From an uncultured bacterium (GTDB taxonomy: Bacteria; Desulfobacterota_D; UBA1144; Nemesobacterales; UBA2774), in assembly GCA_963705505.1 (NCBI GenBank), contig CAVPJU010000008.1:64001-128000 (forward strand): a stretch of DNA of 64,000 nt, read 5' to 3'. The translations under genes were made by a program, and so were the position numbers. Every line of letters begins with the position of its first letter. Position 1 is the stretch's first letter. Below are positions 39,254 through 49,495 of this stretch, piece after piece. The notes beneath the pieces are model-generated. The model ran no database searches. It was not told the origin of the DNA and worked only from the letters and a program-made list of their open reading frames with translations.

Positions 39254-40390
39254 TTATGAGCCGATTATCTCAGTGATCGTGCGGGGATATCCGTGTGGCT
39301 CTGCCTTCAATCGTCCAAGTACTTCCCGACTCTCCGAGACAAGCATCCGCACAAGCTCCTCCGCCGTGCATCTCCTCGACATCGGGGAGCCCTGCCCCGC
39401 CCAGAGGGACATGAATTGAGGATCCCCCTTCGCCCTCGATGCGGTCCTGATGGGCCTCGTGAGATAATTCTGAATCGGATATGCAGGGACCTTATCCTCG
39501 AGCTTAACCATCTCATCGAAAAACCGGTTCTTTATACCCCGCGCGTACTTCCCCGTGTACACCCTCGTCAATACCGTGCTCGTATCCTCAGAATTCAGGA
39601 GCGCGTCGAGCCACGGCGCGGATACGGCAGCTTCCGTGCAGCTCAGGAACGCGGTGCCCATCTGTACGGCCGACGCGCCGAGCGCGAGAGCGGCTAAGAT
39701 ACCGCGTCCGTCCATTATCCCTCCCGAGCATATTACTGGCACGCCGACCTTGTCGGCTAACTGGGGAACGAGCGATATTCCGCCTATCATCGGCGCACCT
39801 CCCGTCGATGCGAACGTCCCCCTGTGCGCCCCCGCTTCGCTCCCCTGCGCAATGACTGGCGGTGCATCCTGCTTCTTCGAGCATCACTCCTTCGCCGACG
39901 CATGTGGCCGTGCCTATGACGGCAGCCTTCTTTCTCAGAAGCTCCTTTATGTGCTTACGCTTCGGGATTCCGAATGTGAAGCTGAATACAGGGACGTTGT
40001 TATCGAGAACTAGCTCCGAGCTGTTCCTCGAAGGAGAAGTCGGGCTCTTCTTCGGCTCCGGGTAAGTTGTGCTCCGACCTCCCCCGCGATCTCAGCGAGC
40101 TTCTTCATCACTCTCGCGGAGGTTTTCCTGCGCCTTATTTTCTCGGGCGCGAACAGGTTAACGGCAAAAGGTTTGTTCGTGAGCGTGCGTATCTTACGTA
40201 TCGCGGAATCTATCTCGCCGGGCGAAAGGTATCCTCCTGGGAACGAGCCCAATCCGCCCGCGTTAGAGACGGCGGCGACTAATTCAGGCGTCGTCGGCCC
40301 GCCCGCCATGGGCGCCTGAATTATCGGGTGCTCTATACCCAGCATATCGCGAAGTTTTTTTGTTTGCTCCGGCCAGAAATCCGAATTCAT
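39254..40390 (-). pseudogene. Nitronate monooxygenase family protein with several frameshifts
   Basis: PIIQAPMAGG...AVSNAGGLGS; QGSEAGAHRGTF; GGIMDGRG...AVQMGTAF...SLWAGQ spread over different frames. Confidence 0.8.
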
Positions 40391-40557
40391 AGTATCCCCC
40401 TAATAGAACGGCCAAAGATGATTGGCTTAGTTTACATGATAGAGATAAGGGATTGGTTTTACAATCGAAATACAGTCAGATTATTCCCAATAGCTATAAT
40501 TCAAAGCCACACAAATTATCTATTCTATAAATATTAAATCTATGTTAGAGTTATTAA

Positions 40558-41124
40558 ATGTATGCTAGATTTAAAAAAACCAGAAATGCGAATAATGATA
40601 TTCACTATGAATTTATTGAGCAAATATCTTTATTTGGTTGTAACAATGGGTTCATCCCACGGCTTCTACAATTAAAAACATCCCCCGGTCAAAATGAACC
40701 ATATTATTGGCATCTTAATATTGAGACAGAACTCATGAAAACTACAGAATATTCTAATTCAACATTCGTTATCGATTTAAAACCGAAACAAAATAAAACA
40801 AATCTTTCTCTTTATGAAGTCTTAGATGTTTGGGGACAATCAGATACAGGCTGGACACCTATATTATTGCATTTGTCTGGATTGTTTGTGGATGAAGACC
40901 CTAATTCTATAAACCGTAATTACTTCACCAGGAATGAAAGTCAAATTGACGGCCCAATATATGAAGTACTCTATCTTGATGGTTCAGTTGTGAACGGAAA
41001 ACTAATTGGCAAATGGACAGCACCGCCAGCAAGTCCCACCAACGCTACGCTTCTTTGGCCGAGTACGTTACAATATTTCGTGAGATGTATAAAGGAATGC
41101 TCACCCGGGGTGTTGAATTTTTGA
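40558..41124 (+). CDS. Low-GC hypothetical protein
   Basis: 188-aa ORF in a markedly AT-rich segment. Confidence 0.6.
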   Translation: MYARFKKTRNANNDIHYEFIEQISLFGCNNGFIPRLLQLKTSPGQNEPYYWHLNIETELMKTTEYSNSTFVIDLKPKQNKTNLSLYEVLDVWGQSDTGWTPILLHLSGLFVDEDPNSINRNYFTRNESQIDGPIYEVLYLDGSVVNGKLIGKWTAPPASPTNATLLWPSTLQYFVRCIKECSPGVLNF

Positions 41125-41158
41125 AAAGAACGAATGCCTTACCTTCACTATTTGCCGA

Positions 41159-41335
41159 CTATTTCCTGTACGCGTCCCGCCCTCTGTGTTCGAGCGGCGG
41201 AATGATATCGAAGAGCCTTATTTCAGGAGTGTAGAACGACATTATAGCGTCGACGTCTCCTCTCCGCATCGCCTCTCTCCAATTATCGATAAGGCTCCTA
41301 ATCTCCGTTTCTTGATTTGCTTTCTTTGTGCTCAT
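41159..41335 (-). pseudogene. Truncated YybH/SnoaL (NTF2-like) gene, 58 aa
   Basis: AAGGAG RBS; EIRSLIDNWREAMRRGDVDAIMSFY...FDIIPPLEHRGRDAYRK then stop. Confidence 0.65.
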
Positions 41336-41365
41336 AATTATTCTCCTTTATGTTTGTTTACAGAT

Positions 41366-41396
41366 ATACGACGAATGAGCGGGTGATTTCAGGACA
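41366..41396 (-). promoter_or_regulatory. Putative ECF promoter TGTCC-N16-TTCGTCGTAT
   Basis: Identical boxes and spacing at 42723-42753. Confidence 0.55.
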
Positions 41397-41575
41397 AACA
41401 CTTTGAATTTTTTTCATCCCCCGGACCTTCCCTTACTAATTATACGCGGTTCGATGTCCCGGAACTACCTAAAATTCAGGGTGGGTTCAAGATTCTAATC
41501 TGTAACACCCGTCTACTGAGCGGCGAATCGTTTCCACGCGATTGAGCCGCAATTCACGTTCGGCGAAGGTCGCGG

Positions 41576-42025
41576 TCAACCGGGTTTCGCGGCTGAGTTT
41601 TTCCCACATCTGCTCAGCAGCCAGGCATCCAGGCTGTACGCCATCGGGCCCGCAAGAAGTATGATGATCGAGCTCACCATCATGCTGAAGGGATATGAAG
41701 CGCCAGTTAGGAAGCCATTTGGAAGTGTGACGAGTGTCGCGACGAGCATATTGATCATTATGGCGAAAGCCGCCGGACGGGTGAGGAGACCGACGATCAG
41801 CAGAAACCCGCCTATGAACTCGGTATAGCAGCTCAGGTAAGCGAGGATCGGGTGAATGCCCATCTTCGAGACGAAGATATCTATGGTGGCTTCGATTCCC
41901 ATGCCGCCGAACCATCCAAACACCTTCCCGGCGCCAGCCAGGAAGAGGATGATACCAACAGTCAACCGCAGCAAAAGAAGCGAGACATCAAGTAGTCTGG
42001 TATTCGTTGCGGTTAATAGCTTCAT
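41576..42025 (-). CDS. DoxX family membrane protein
   Basis: LLLRLTVG, EFIGGFLLIVGLLTRPAA, GPMAYSLD. Confidence 0.88.
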   Translation of the reverse strand: MKLLTATNTRLLDVSLLLLRLTVGIILFLAGAGKVFGWFGGMGIEATIDIFVSKMGIHPILAYLSCYTEFIGGFLLIVGLLTRPAAFAIMINMLVATLVTLPNGFLTGASYPFSMMVSSIIILLAGPMAYSLDAWLLSRCGKNSAAKPG

Positions 42026-42211
42026 ATGGCGATCCTCCTGATTCGAATATTTTTTTCTCCCGGTCGGGAAATAATACGTTTTTCATTGTCTAACCTCCTA
42101 TAAGCAAAACTAACCCGCGGTTAGGTTGGCTCTGGCATGGGTGCGTCGAGAAACGCCTCGATCATCGAAACCAGCCAATCGGAGCAGCTTACTTACAACT
42201 TTTATATTAAC

Positions 42212-42589
42212 TCATTTCTCTTCGAGAACGGACAAAATATTTCCCGCGGGGTCTTTGAACCAGGCAATATATGGACCGCCATCACGGAAAATACCTTTTT
42301 CGTCCGTCTTGAGCTCGTCTTCATCATATATTTCAAAACGCACTCCCCGCTTATTTAACTCTTTTACGGCTTCTTCGATATTATCTACCGGGAAGTTAAG
42401 AATTGTGTGAGTTGCCGGAGTATGGTTAGGCTTGGGGTATATCAATATCATACAGCCGCCTGCAATGTGCAGATGCAACAGGCCATGCATTTCCGAAACC
42501 TCCAGCCCGAGTGTCCGGCTGTAAAACTCTTTGGCTTTTTGTATGTCGTTTACTGAAAAGCTGCTGAATGCTTTGGTGTTTTTGAACAT
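42212..42589 (-). CDS. VOC/glyoxalase family protein
   Basis: [31 protein letters not shown]. Confidence 0.9.
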   Translation of the reverse strand: MFKNTKAFSSFSVNDIQKAKEFYSRTLGLEVSEMHGLLHLHIAGGCMILIYPKPNHTPATHTILNFPVDNIEEAVKELNKRGVRFEIYDEDELKTDEKGIFRDGGPYIAWFKDPAGNILSVLEEK

Positions 42590-42722
42590 TGGTTCTCTCC
42601 TATACTTAAATTTTGTATCAGTGGTTTTTAGAGGGCTCTTGAATTTAAGCTGCTTACCTCATCAACACTCCGCCGTTACAGAGAACCGCCCGGAAGAGCT
42701 GCGGTTTGATCCCGCTTCATCA

Positions 42723-42753
42723 ATACGACGAACAAGCAGGCGAATAATGGACA
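42723..42753 (-). promoter_or_regulatory. Putative ECF promoter TGTCC-N16-TTCGTCGTAT
   Basis: Repeat of 41366-41396 motif upstream of the VOC gene. Confidence 0.55.
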
Positions 42754-42895
42754 GTTTAATCGATTTTTTTCGCCGCCCGGGACTTTTTATGAGCCGCGAA
42801 CCTGCCGGGACAGAAGAGGACTAAAAAACCCCTTACATTATTAATCCGTAAGTGTTAAAATGTATGTACATATATAGGCAGCGGAGGTGATTTAC

Positions 42896-43054
42896 ATGAG
42901 GGAGGACATAGATATAAGACTTCTGGATTACTACTACTCCTACATTTCCAACCTAAACAACCCTGTGAGCGATTCCGATAGGCAGGAGAAATCGGAATCC
43001 GACCCTACTAAAACCGAGGAAAAGCAATCGCCCGGATCGAGCGATAAACATTAA
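42896..43054 (+). CDS. Small 52-aa hypothetical protein (MREDIDIRLLDYYYSYIS...)
   Basis: GGAGGTGA RBS 5 nt before ATG; absent from ORF track because of size. Confidence 0.5.
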   Translation: MREDIDIRLLDYYYSYISNLNNPVSDSDRQEKSESDPTKTEEKQSPGSSDKH

Positions 43055-43116
43055 GCTCGTATTCAGCTACAAGTTTCCCACACTCGCAATGACTGTTCCA
43101 GGTTCGTTCCATTTAC

Positions 43117-43705
43117 TCATGGAGTAATATCGTTCTCGACCCTTATAAAATCTACGGGCAAATCACGCCTCGGGACAGAAACTATATCGAACGGGAACCC
43201 CGGAGCAGGTGTAGGTATGTCGCTTATGTCGTCTCTTATGACGACAACGAGCTCAGTGTCAAACTCCAGAACCGCTTCTATAGCAGTACCGAACTCAGCG
43301 AAATCCCGAGTTGAAACAAGAACCATGTTATTAGAGAAATCCACGTTCGGAAGCTCGAAGAAACTGAAGAAACAACTGTTTCTGAACCTGTTCCAGTCCT
43401 CAGTCGTTTTAATTACCAATTGACTCTGCTCAAACGGACAATCCGTAGAATCTCGGATCGAAGATAGCAACCTCGTTTAAAATATCATCGATATTCAGGT
43501 CCCCTGCAAACCCCTCCATCCCCTCCTCTTCCGCTATAACTTCTTCTGTTGTTTGGTCGGTTACAACTGTGGTGTTCCCACCAGCATTCGCATCGAAGCA
43601 TGGGTCAGAAGAAGTCAGTATATAGCAGAAATTTTGCGAGTCGTTCTCGTCATTACACCCAATCATCAAAAGGATGAACGGAATAACGATTAAATATTTT
43701 TTCAT
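43117..43705 (-). pseudogene. Lipoprotein with PrcB C-terminal-like region, frameshift near 43460
   Basis: Lipobox MIGC; downstream frame LPNVDFSNNMVLV...PFDIVSVPR. Confidence 0.55.
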
Positions 43706-43900
43706 CTTCTGCCGCCCCCGCAAAGAAGCAAAAAGGATTTTTATGGCCTCTGAACACGTAGATAGTATCATTTATGAATCAATAATTCAAAATCTATTTA
43801 GTTTTAACATATAACACATCGTTCCCGCAAAAAAACTGCATAGAATATGGTATCTTATGTAAGACAGAAATCCCTAAATAAGAGAGGTTAAGATTCATTT

Positions 43901-44434
43901 ATGGAAGAAAAAATAGACCCTTCATTCATCCTCTACGCCGCATGCAGCGTGGACGGTTTCATAGCCCGGGAGGACGGCTCTGCCGACTGGCTCTCCCAAT
44001 GGGACCCCTCCGAGGCCGGATACAACGACTTTGTCGATTCCGTCGAGGGGCTGGTGATGGGTGCCAAAACATACGAGCAGGTACTGACATTCGGAGACTG
44101 GCCTTACGGAGATAAACCCTGCTTCGTCCTCTCGAATCAAGCCCGGAAGCCCGTCCGGGATTGCATCGAGTTCTTTGCCGGGAATGTCGATGAGATCGTC
44201 AACCTCCTGCGTGATAGGGATTTGAAACGCATCTGGATCGTAGGCGGGTCCAGCATCTACACCCAATTCCACAGGAAAAAACTGATCGACGATTACTTTA
44301 TCGCGACAGTACCCGTCTTACTCGGCTCCGGCATACCTATCATCCAGGCATGCGATATGGAAGTATGGCTCAGGCTCATAAGCAGCCGCACTTTCGCTTC
44401 GGGTCTCGTACTCAACCATTATCAATCAATTTAG
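43901..44434 (+). CDS. Dihydrofolate reductase-like (RibD C-terminal) protein
   Basis: ACSVDGFIA, VMGAKTYE, IWIVGG, PVLLGSG. Confidence 0.88.
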   Translation: MEEKIDPSFILYAACSVDGFIAREDGSADWLSQWDPSEAGYNDFVDSVEGLVMGAKTYEQVLTFGDWPYGDKPCFVLSNQARKPVRDCIEFFAGNVDEIVNLLRDRDLKRIWIVGGSSIYTQFHRKKLIDDYFIATVPVLLGSGIPIIQACDMEVWLRLISSRTFASGLVLNHYQSI

Positions 44435-44560
44435 CAATCTCTGCGAAATCCCTCGGTGTAAGTTTATTAACAAACCATCCCGGCTTTGCCATATCGGTAA
44501 TTGCCAAAGCACCTTCCCAATTCTATAATCCAAAGAATCTGATAAATCGGAGGTGTCATC

Positions 44561-45256
44561 ATGTTCGTCAGTCACAGGGAGAGGCACCGTACGCAGCGCA
44601 TAGGCTGGCTCCGCGCGGCTGTTCTGGGCGCTAATGACGGAATCGTTTCGACGGCTAGTCTCGTGGTAGGCGTTGCGGCATCACATGCCACGCACAGTGC
44701 CGTTTTGATTGCTGGTGTCGCGGGACTGGCAGCCGGCGCCCTGTCCATGGCCGCAGGTGAATACGTGTCCGTAAGCTCGCAGGCGGACACCGAGCGCGCC
44801 GACCTCGAGCGTGAGCGCACGGAGCTCGCTACCGATGTGGAAAGCGAGCGGGATGAGCTCACTTCGATATACATAGACCGTGGACTCGAACCCGCGCTCG
44901 CGAGAGAGGTAGCTCTTCAGCTCATGGCGAAAGACCCGCTTGCGGCGCATGCCCGGGACGAGCTCGGCATCTCCGACATTGTAAGCGCGCGTCCCATACA
45001 GGCCGCTCTGACGTCCGCAATAACTTTCGCCGCGGGCGCCGCGCTGCCGTTGCTGGCCGTTATCGTTTCACCGCTCGCTTATGCAGTCCCTATTGTTTCG
45101 GGGACGTCTCTTTTATTTCTCGCGCTCCTCGGCTCATTAGCCGCCTACACCGGCGGCGCCCCGGTTCTGACGGGCGCGGTGCGCGTAACGTTCTGGGGAG
45201 CTCTCGCAATGGGGCTCACGGCGGGAGTCGGCGCTCTTTTCGGAACGGCTGTCTAA
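44561..45256 (+). CDS. VIT1/CCC1 iron/manganese transporter
   Basis: WLRAAVLGANDGIVS, SMAAGEYVSV, HARDELG. Confidence 0.93.
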   Translation: MFVSHRERHRTQRIGWLRAAVLGANDGIVSTASLVVGVAASHATHSAVLIAGVAGLAAGALSMAAGEYVSVSSQADTERADLERERTELATDVESERDELTSIYIDRGLEPALAREVALQLMAKDPLAAHARDELGISDIVSARPIQAALTSAITFAAGAALPLLAVIVSPLAYAVPIVSGTSLLFLALLGSLAAYTGGAPVLTGAVRVTFWGALAMGLTAGVGALFGTAV

Positions 45257-45287
45257 GATTCGCTAGCCTCGATGAACCGCGTGCTCC

Positions 45288-45725
45288 TCAGCTTTCGGTC
45301 ATCGACCAGATAAGCGCGAGCACCTCGGTTACGTTCACCACGGACCCGCCGCCGATGTCAGCCGTGTGGACTTCGATCGTCTCGCCGAAAATGTTGTATA
45401 TCGGCCTCTCGGCAGTTCCCTGAAGGCTGTGCCTCAACAGGTCTATAGGACGCTCCGCGTCGCCGTAATCCTGATGCCAGGAATTAAATACGACCATGTC
45501 GTGAGTAGTTTTATGCCGGACGATCGCCCGAGCCTTGTATTTCCCCTCTGCGGGCACCCACTCTATGGTCGAAAACGGCCACAGCTCGTACTCCGTCACT
45601 TCGGGCTGGAAGTTGTAGTTCTTCTTTTCCCCGATCGCGGCAGTGAATTTCAAGACGGCGGAATCGAATTTCGCCCCGCCGATCTTTTTTATCGACATTT
45701 TCGAAATACCGCTCTTACGCGCCAT
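45288..45725 (-). CDS. Hypothetical protein downstream of the c-di-GMP riboswitch
   Basis: 145-aa ORF, GGAGG RBS. Confidence 0.65.
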   Translation of the reverse strand: MARKSGISKMSIKKIGGAKFDSAVLKFTAAIGEKKNYNFQPEVTEYELWPFSTIEWVPAEGKYKARAIVRHKTTHDMVVFNSWHQDYGDAERPIDLLRHSLQGTAERPIYNIFGETIEVHTADIGGGSVVNVTEVLALIWSMTES

Positions 45726-45834
45726 TGCCTGCCTCCGTTACGGATTTATTTAAGGACAGACCGATTGGGGAGACTGGAAGCAAAGGGAGTAAATCCAGGA
45801 AGGTGCGTGTAGTAGCTCGACTTATTCAGATTCA

Positions 45835-45921
45835 CTATAGCAATCCAGCCGCCGTAAACGAGGAGTCCTTAGGCCTGTGACTTTGCGTCCCATTCTTTCA
45901 AATGGTTTGCCCTTCTAGTTA
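45835..45921 (-). ncRNA. Cyclic-di-GMP-I (GEMM) riboswitch
   Basis: Minus strand AGGGCAAACCATTTGAAAGAATGGGACGCAAAGTCACAGGCCTAAG...ACGGCGGCTGGATTGCT has the GCAAACC / GAAA loop / GGACGCAAAG / CTAA receptor pattern. Confidence 0.88.
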
Positions 45922-46014
45922 ATAATCATTCTAATACAGGTCCCTTTCCGATGTCAAACGATTTAATATACGAGAGATCTATGCACTGAGTTGGAGATTG
46001 AGCGGGTAATTTTT

Positions 46015-46048
46015 TGGTAGCGTGGGGAGGATTTGAACCTCCGACCTT
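46015..46048 (-). repeat. Duplicated 3' end of tRNA-fMet (att-like)
   Basis: 33 of 34 nt identical to 46937-46970. Confidence 0.85.
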
Positions 46049-46085
46049 TCCCCGTTCGTTATTTACATGCTGACGCCGCTCTTCT

Positions 46086-46373
46086 TCATCGTCCCACCGA
46101 GCGGCCGCGGTCAATTTCAGAAAGTATATGAGCAGCCGCCGATTCCGCCCAATTTTCGGTGAGAGGTGCTTCTGTAAGCCATTTGGTCATCATACTCGGC
46201 GCGGCGAAGTCCCCGAGCCTTCCGAGGACGTATGCGGCATAAAACGTAGCCCACTCCTCATGGCGCACACCATGTAAAATAGTCCGCTCGTATTCGTGAT
46301 GCGCGGCGCCTGCCGCTTTCAGTGCTTCCGTAAGCCCTTCTTTGGTCGGTAGATTAGTCGTCGATTTGGTCAC
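46086..46373 (-). CDS. Small hypothetical protein (ALKAAGAAHHEYE...WATFYAAYVLGRLGDF); start uncertain
   Basis: Protein-like ORF lying between two tRNA-end repeats. Confidence 0.55.
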   Translation of the reverse strand: MTKSTTNLPTKEGLTEALKAAGAAHHEYERTILHGVRHEEWATFYAAYVLGRLGDFAAPSMMTKWLTEAPLTENWAESAAAHILSEIDRGRSVGR

Positions 46374-46404
46374 GAGGGAATAATAACCGATGTAGCCCCG
46401 AAGG

Positions 46405-46420
46405 TGGTAGCGGGGGGAGG
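46405..46420 (-). repeat. Second copy of tRNA-fMet 3' end (16 nt)
   Basis: TGGTAGCGGGGGGAGG identical to 46937-46952. Confidence 0.65.
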
Positions 46421-46548
46421 CATCGGAATAGAATGAATACACGATACTTAAACATTCATAAATGGATTATCGGACAATATTATATCTCCGGTCCAGCGGG
46501 TAAAATAAATAATTCTGCATATACGGCTCACCGTAAGGAGGGAAAATC

Positions 46549-46764
46549 ATGAAACCGTCCAACCTCGACCGCCTCGTTTTCCGCATCGCCGGGGTTTTCG
46601 TTCTTGCCAGCCTGGCGCTCGGATACTTTGTCCATCCGGCATGGTTTTTATTCACGGCCTTTGTCGGACTGAACATGTTTCAGGCCTCTTTTACCGGGTT
46701 TTGTCCGCTGGCCAAAGTATTGAAGAAAATGGGAGTCAAGACAGGAATCGCATTCCCTGAATAA
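46549..46764 (+). CDS. DUF2892 (YgaP-like) membrane protein
   Basis: [36 protein letters not shown]. Confidence 0.85.
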   Translation: MKPSNLDRLVFRIAGVFVLASLALGYFVHPAWFLFTAFVGLNMFQASFTGFCPLAKVLKKMGVKTGIAFPE

Positions 46765-46936
46765 ATTTAAGATAATAAAAAAAACGAACGGAATTGCATA
46801 CCCCGCGCTTTCTCAAAACGTACCGGAAAGGCAGCCTAGTCAAACCTTTACCCATTTTTCATACTTTGTTACTGACACATCCACCGATATTATTAATAGC
46901 TGATAGTTGAAGTACGGCTCAAGTTTCTGAAATTAT

Positions 46937-47013
<77 letters not shown>

Positions 47014-47166
47014 TCAGATTAGGAAGAGTAAGGGTATGGGATATTCCCCCTACTGTCAAGTTTTCCCCCCGGCACACGCAGGATTCTCTTATTTCATTGA
47101 CAATTACGCGTAATAAATATAGATTAAATTAACAGGTGGGATTATTACACTAGAGGAGAATATGAG

Positions 47167-47595
47167 ATGAAAATGTTTAGCGCATTTTTCCTTGCCGCGG
47201 CTGTAATTCTTTCGGTTTCGGTGTTCACCGGCTGCAAAAACGAGAGCACAGTGCAGGAAACCGGTCAGAATCAGACAGAGCTCGAGCAGACACAAAAAGA
47301 GCTCCAACAGATAAAGCAGGACAGCACCGAACTCGATAAATACGTAACCAACCTGAAAACGGAAATAAACAATCTCAAGATCCAAAACCAGAGGCTCATC
47401 GCCCAAACTAAAAGGCTCGAGGCCGAGATAATCGATCTCAAGCTCGATCTCGGGCAAATACCGGCATCCGATTCCGCCAATATGCTGGACAAGGACGCGG
47501 AGCCTGCCGATGCTTCAAAGAATACCGGAACGGAACAGTCAGAACCTGCATCCCAGACGCCCCCCGACGGGGATAACGAGGCCGAGGGAAAATAG
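47167..47595 (+). CDS. Coiled-coil lipoprotein
   Basis: Lipobox FTGC, heptad repeats, disordered tail. Confidence 0.7.
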   Translation: MKMFSAFFLAAAVILSVSVFTGCKNESTVQETGQNQTELEQTQKELQQIKQDSTELDKYVTNLKTEINNLKIQNQRLIAQTKRLEAEIIDLKLDLGQIPASDSANMLDKDAEPADASKNTGTEQSEPASQTPPDGDNEAEGK

Positions 47596-47626
47596 AAGAA
47601 AATCCACGGGTCGATTCACAAACAGA

Positions 47627-48466
47627 TCAACCTTTCAGGGAAGTTACGGTCTTAAATTCGAGTATCCTGTCAAGCCTGAATGTGCATCTCTCCTTCCGCA
47701 AGTGGCAGAACGCATGGATGTATGTGCTTTCCTTGCCGACGCTTATATCGAAAGGCTCGATGACACGCGTGGTCGTCTCCTCGTTGTAGGCCGATAGATA
47801 CTTTATCCGCAGCTTCCCCCTGACCCTTAAAGCCTGCTCGATCTCGGCGGGAAGCACCAGCTGGTTGCTGATCTCGAGCTCGACCGATTTCCCCTGGAGC
47901 TTGATTATGTCCTTCAACCTCTTGAGCCTGATCCCCCTCCTCCCGAGGTCGGTGAGGAAATACTGGAAGACGTCCCTCGTCGTCATTACGTCGGCCAGCG
48001 CCCTGTGCCCGCTCTCGGCGGGGAGCCCGATATACTTGGCTATCTGACCCAGGCTGTTGCTCGGGAACGTGTAGTACCTCCTCGCTATCCCGAGCGTGTC
48101 TATGACATTGCTTTCGGGGAGCGTGAGCCTCAGGTTGCCCAGCTCCACATTAAGGAACCCGATGTCGAACTTCGCATTGTGGGCGACTATGACCGCGTCC
48201 CTGATGAAGCCGAGCACGTCCCTCGCGATGTCCCTGAAAAAAGGCGCTCTCCTCACCATCAGGTCCGTAATCCCGTGCACGGACACGGCGCCCGGCGGGA
48301 TCGACCTGCCGGGGTTCACGAGCGTCACGAACTCGTCGACGACACTGCCGTTTACCGTCTTTATCACCGCTATCTCGCAAATCCTGTCCCCCTGGGAGGG
48401 GTCGAGGCCGGTTGTTTCTACATCGAGGAAAGCGAAAGGCACTTCGGAAGGGTTCTGGTAAAGCAC
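47627..48466 (-). CDS. DEDDh 3'-5' exonuclease (DnaQ-like) fused to a C-terminal WYL domain
   Basis: LDVETTG, AHNAKFD, HRALAD; IKYLS...TTRVIEP...YIHAFCHLRKERCTFRLDRI. Confidence 0.88.
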   Translation of the reverse strand: MLYQNPSEVPFAFLDVETTGLDPSQGDRICEIAVIKTVNGSVVDEFVTLVNPGRSIPPGAVSVHGITDLMVRRAPFFRDIARDVLGFIRDAVIVAHNAKFDIGFLNVELGNLRLTLPESNVIDTLGIARRYYTFPSNSLGQIAKYIGLPAESGHRALADVMTTRDVFQYFLTDLGRRGIRLKRLKDIIKLQGKSVELEISNQLVLPAEIEQALRVRGKLRIKYLSAYNEETTTRVIEPFDISVGKESTYIHAFCHLRKERCTFRLDRILEFKTVTSLKG

Positions 48467-48574
48467 AGCGTACTCCTTTTAGATTGTAAATAGTACCATG
48501 AAAGCCCGGATATTTGAAAGGATATGAATAAAAGGATGAATGGGGTTTTTATTCGGGGATCGTATCAGCGGCCG

Positions 48575-49495
48575 TTAAAGAGCACTCAGTACCTTCTCGC
48601 CGCCTCTATTCAGTATGAGCTCGGCGATACGTCCCCCAAGCTCTTCTGCTTCAGTCACGTCGTCCTCGGAGCTTTCCCTGATTACGATAGTTCCGTCCGG
48701 GGAAGCGAGGATGCCGGTCACTCTCAGAGAATCCCCCTCGACTTCCGCGTGGCACCCGACGGGGACATTGCAGTCGCCCCCGATCCTTCTTAGGAAAGCC
48801 CTCTCGGAGACCCCCGCAGCCCACGTCTCCCAGTGGTTGATCTTTGAGATCAGATCGAGCGTCTCTCTTTCCCCATCCCTGCATTCAACGGCGATTATCC
48901 CCTGCCCGGGCGCGGGCACCATTACGTGAGCGGGTATTATTTCGGCTGCCTCCCCGATAAGACCCATACGACCGAGACCCGCGGCGGCGAGCACTATCGC
49001 ATCGTATTCCCCGCCTTCTTTAAGCTTGCGGAGCCTCGTATCCACGTTCCCCCTTATCGGCGTTATCCGCAGCGCCGGCATCAGGCTCAGCAGCTGTGCG
49101 CCCCTCCTTAGACTCCCCGTGCCGACCCTCGCGTCCTCCGGAAGCTCCGAGAGCCTGAGCTTCCCCTTCGAGACGAGCGCGTCCCTCGGGTCATGTCTTT
49201 CGGGGACGGCTCCAATTATGAGGCCCTCGGGCAGGATTGCGGGCAGGTCTTTCATGCTGTGAACGGCGATGTCTATGGCTCCCGAGAGCAGAGCTTCCTC
49301 TATCTCCTTCACGAACACCCCCTTCCCCCCGATCTCAGCCAGCGGGGAATCCAGGTTCCTGTCGCCCGTCGTTTTTATTATATGGATTTCCGGCCGAAGC
49401 TCCGGGGAAGAGGCTAAGAGGAGGTCCTTTATGAAATTCGCCTGCCAGAGGGCAAGCATGCTCCCCCTAGTTCCAATCCTGAACGCTCGCTTCAT
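48575..49495 (-). CDS. hemC: Hydroxymethylbilane synthase
   Basis: IGTRGSMLALWQ, GGKGVFVKE, AVHSMKD, RGNVDTRL. Confidence 0.96.
   Translation of the reverse strand: MKRAFRIGTRGSMLALWQANFIKDLLLASSPELRPEIHIIKTTGDRNLDSPLAEIGGKGVFVKEIEEALLSGAIDIAVHSMKDLPAILPEGLIIGAVPERHDPRDALVSKGKLRLSELPEDARVGTGSLRRGAQLLSLMPALRITPIRGNVDTRLRKLKEGGEYDAIVLAAAGLGRMGLIGEAAEIIPAHVMVPAPGQGIIAVECRDGERETLDLISKINHWETWAAGVSERAFLRRIGGDCNVPVGCHAEVEGDSLRVTGILASPDGTIVIRESSEDDVTEAEELGGRIAELILNRGGEKVLSAL

Noticed and set aside
42088..42126. GTCTAAC...GTTAGGT resembling integron attC R boxes
   Set aside because: Only 39 nt, no L-box pairing, no integrase or cassette array
45835..45921. c-AMP-GMP-selective GEMM-Ib variant
   Set aside because: Specificity position is G, not A
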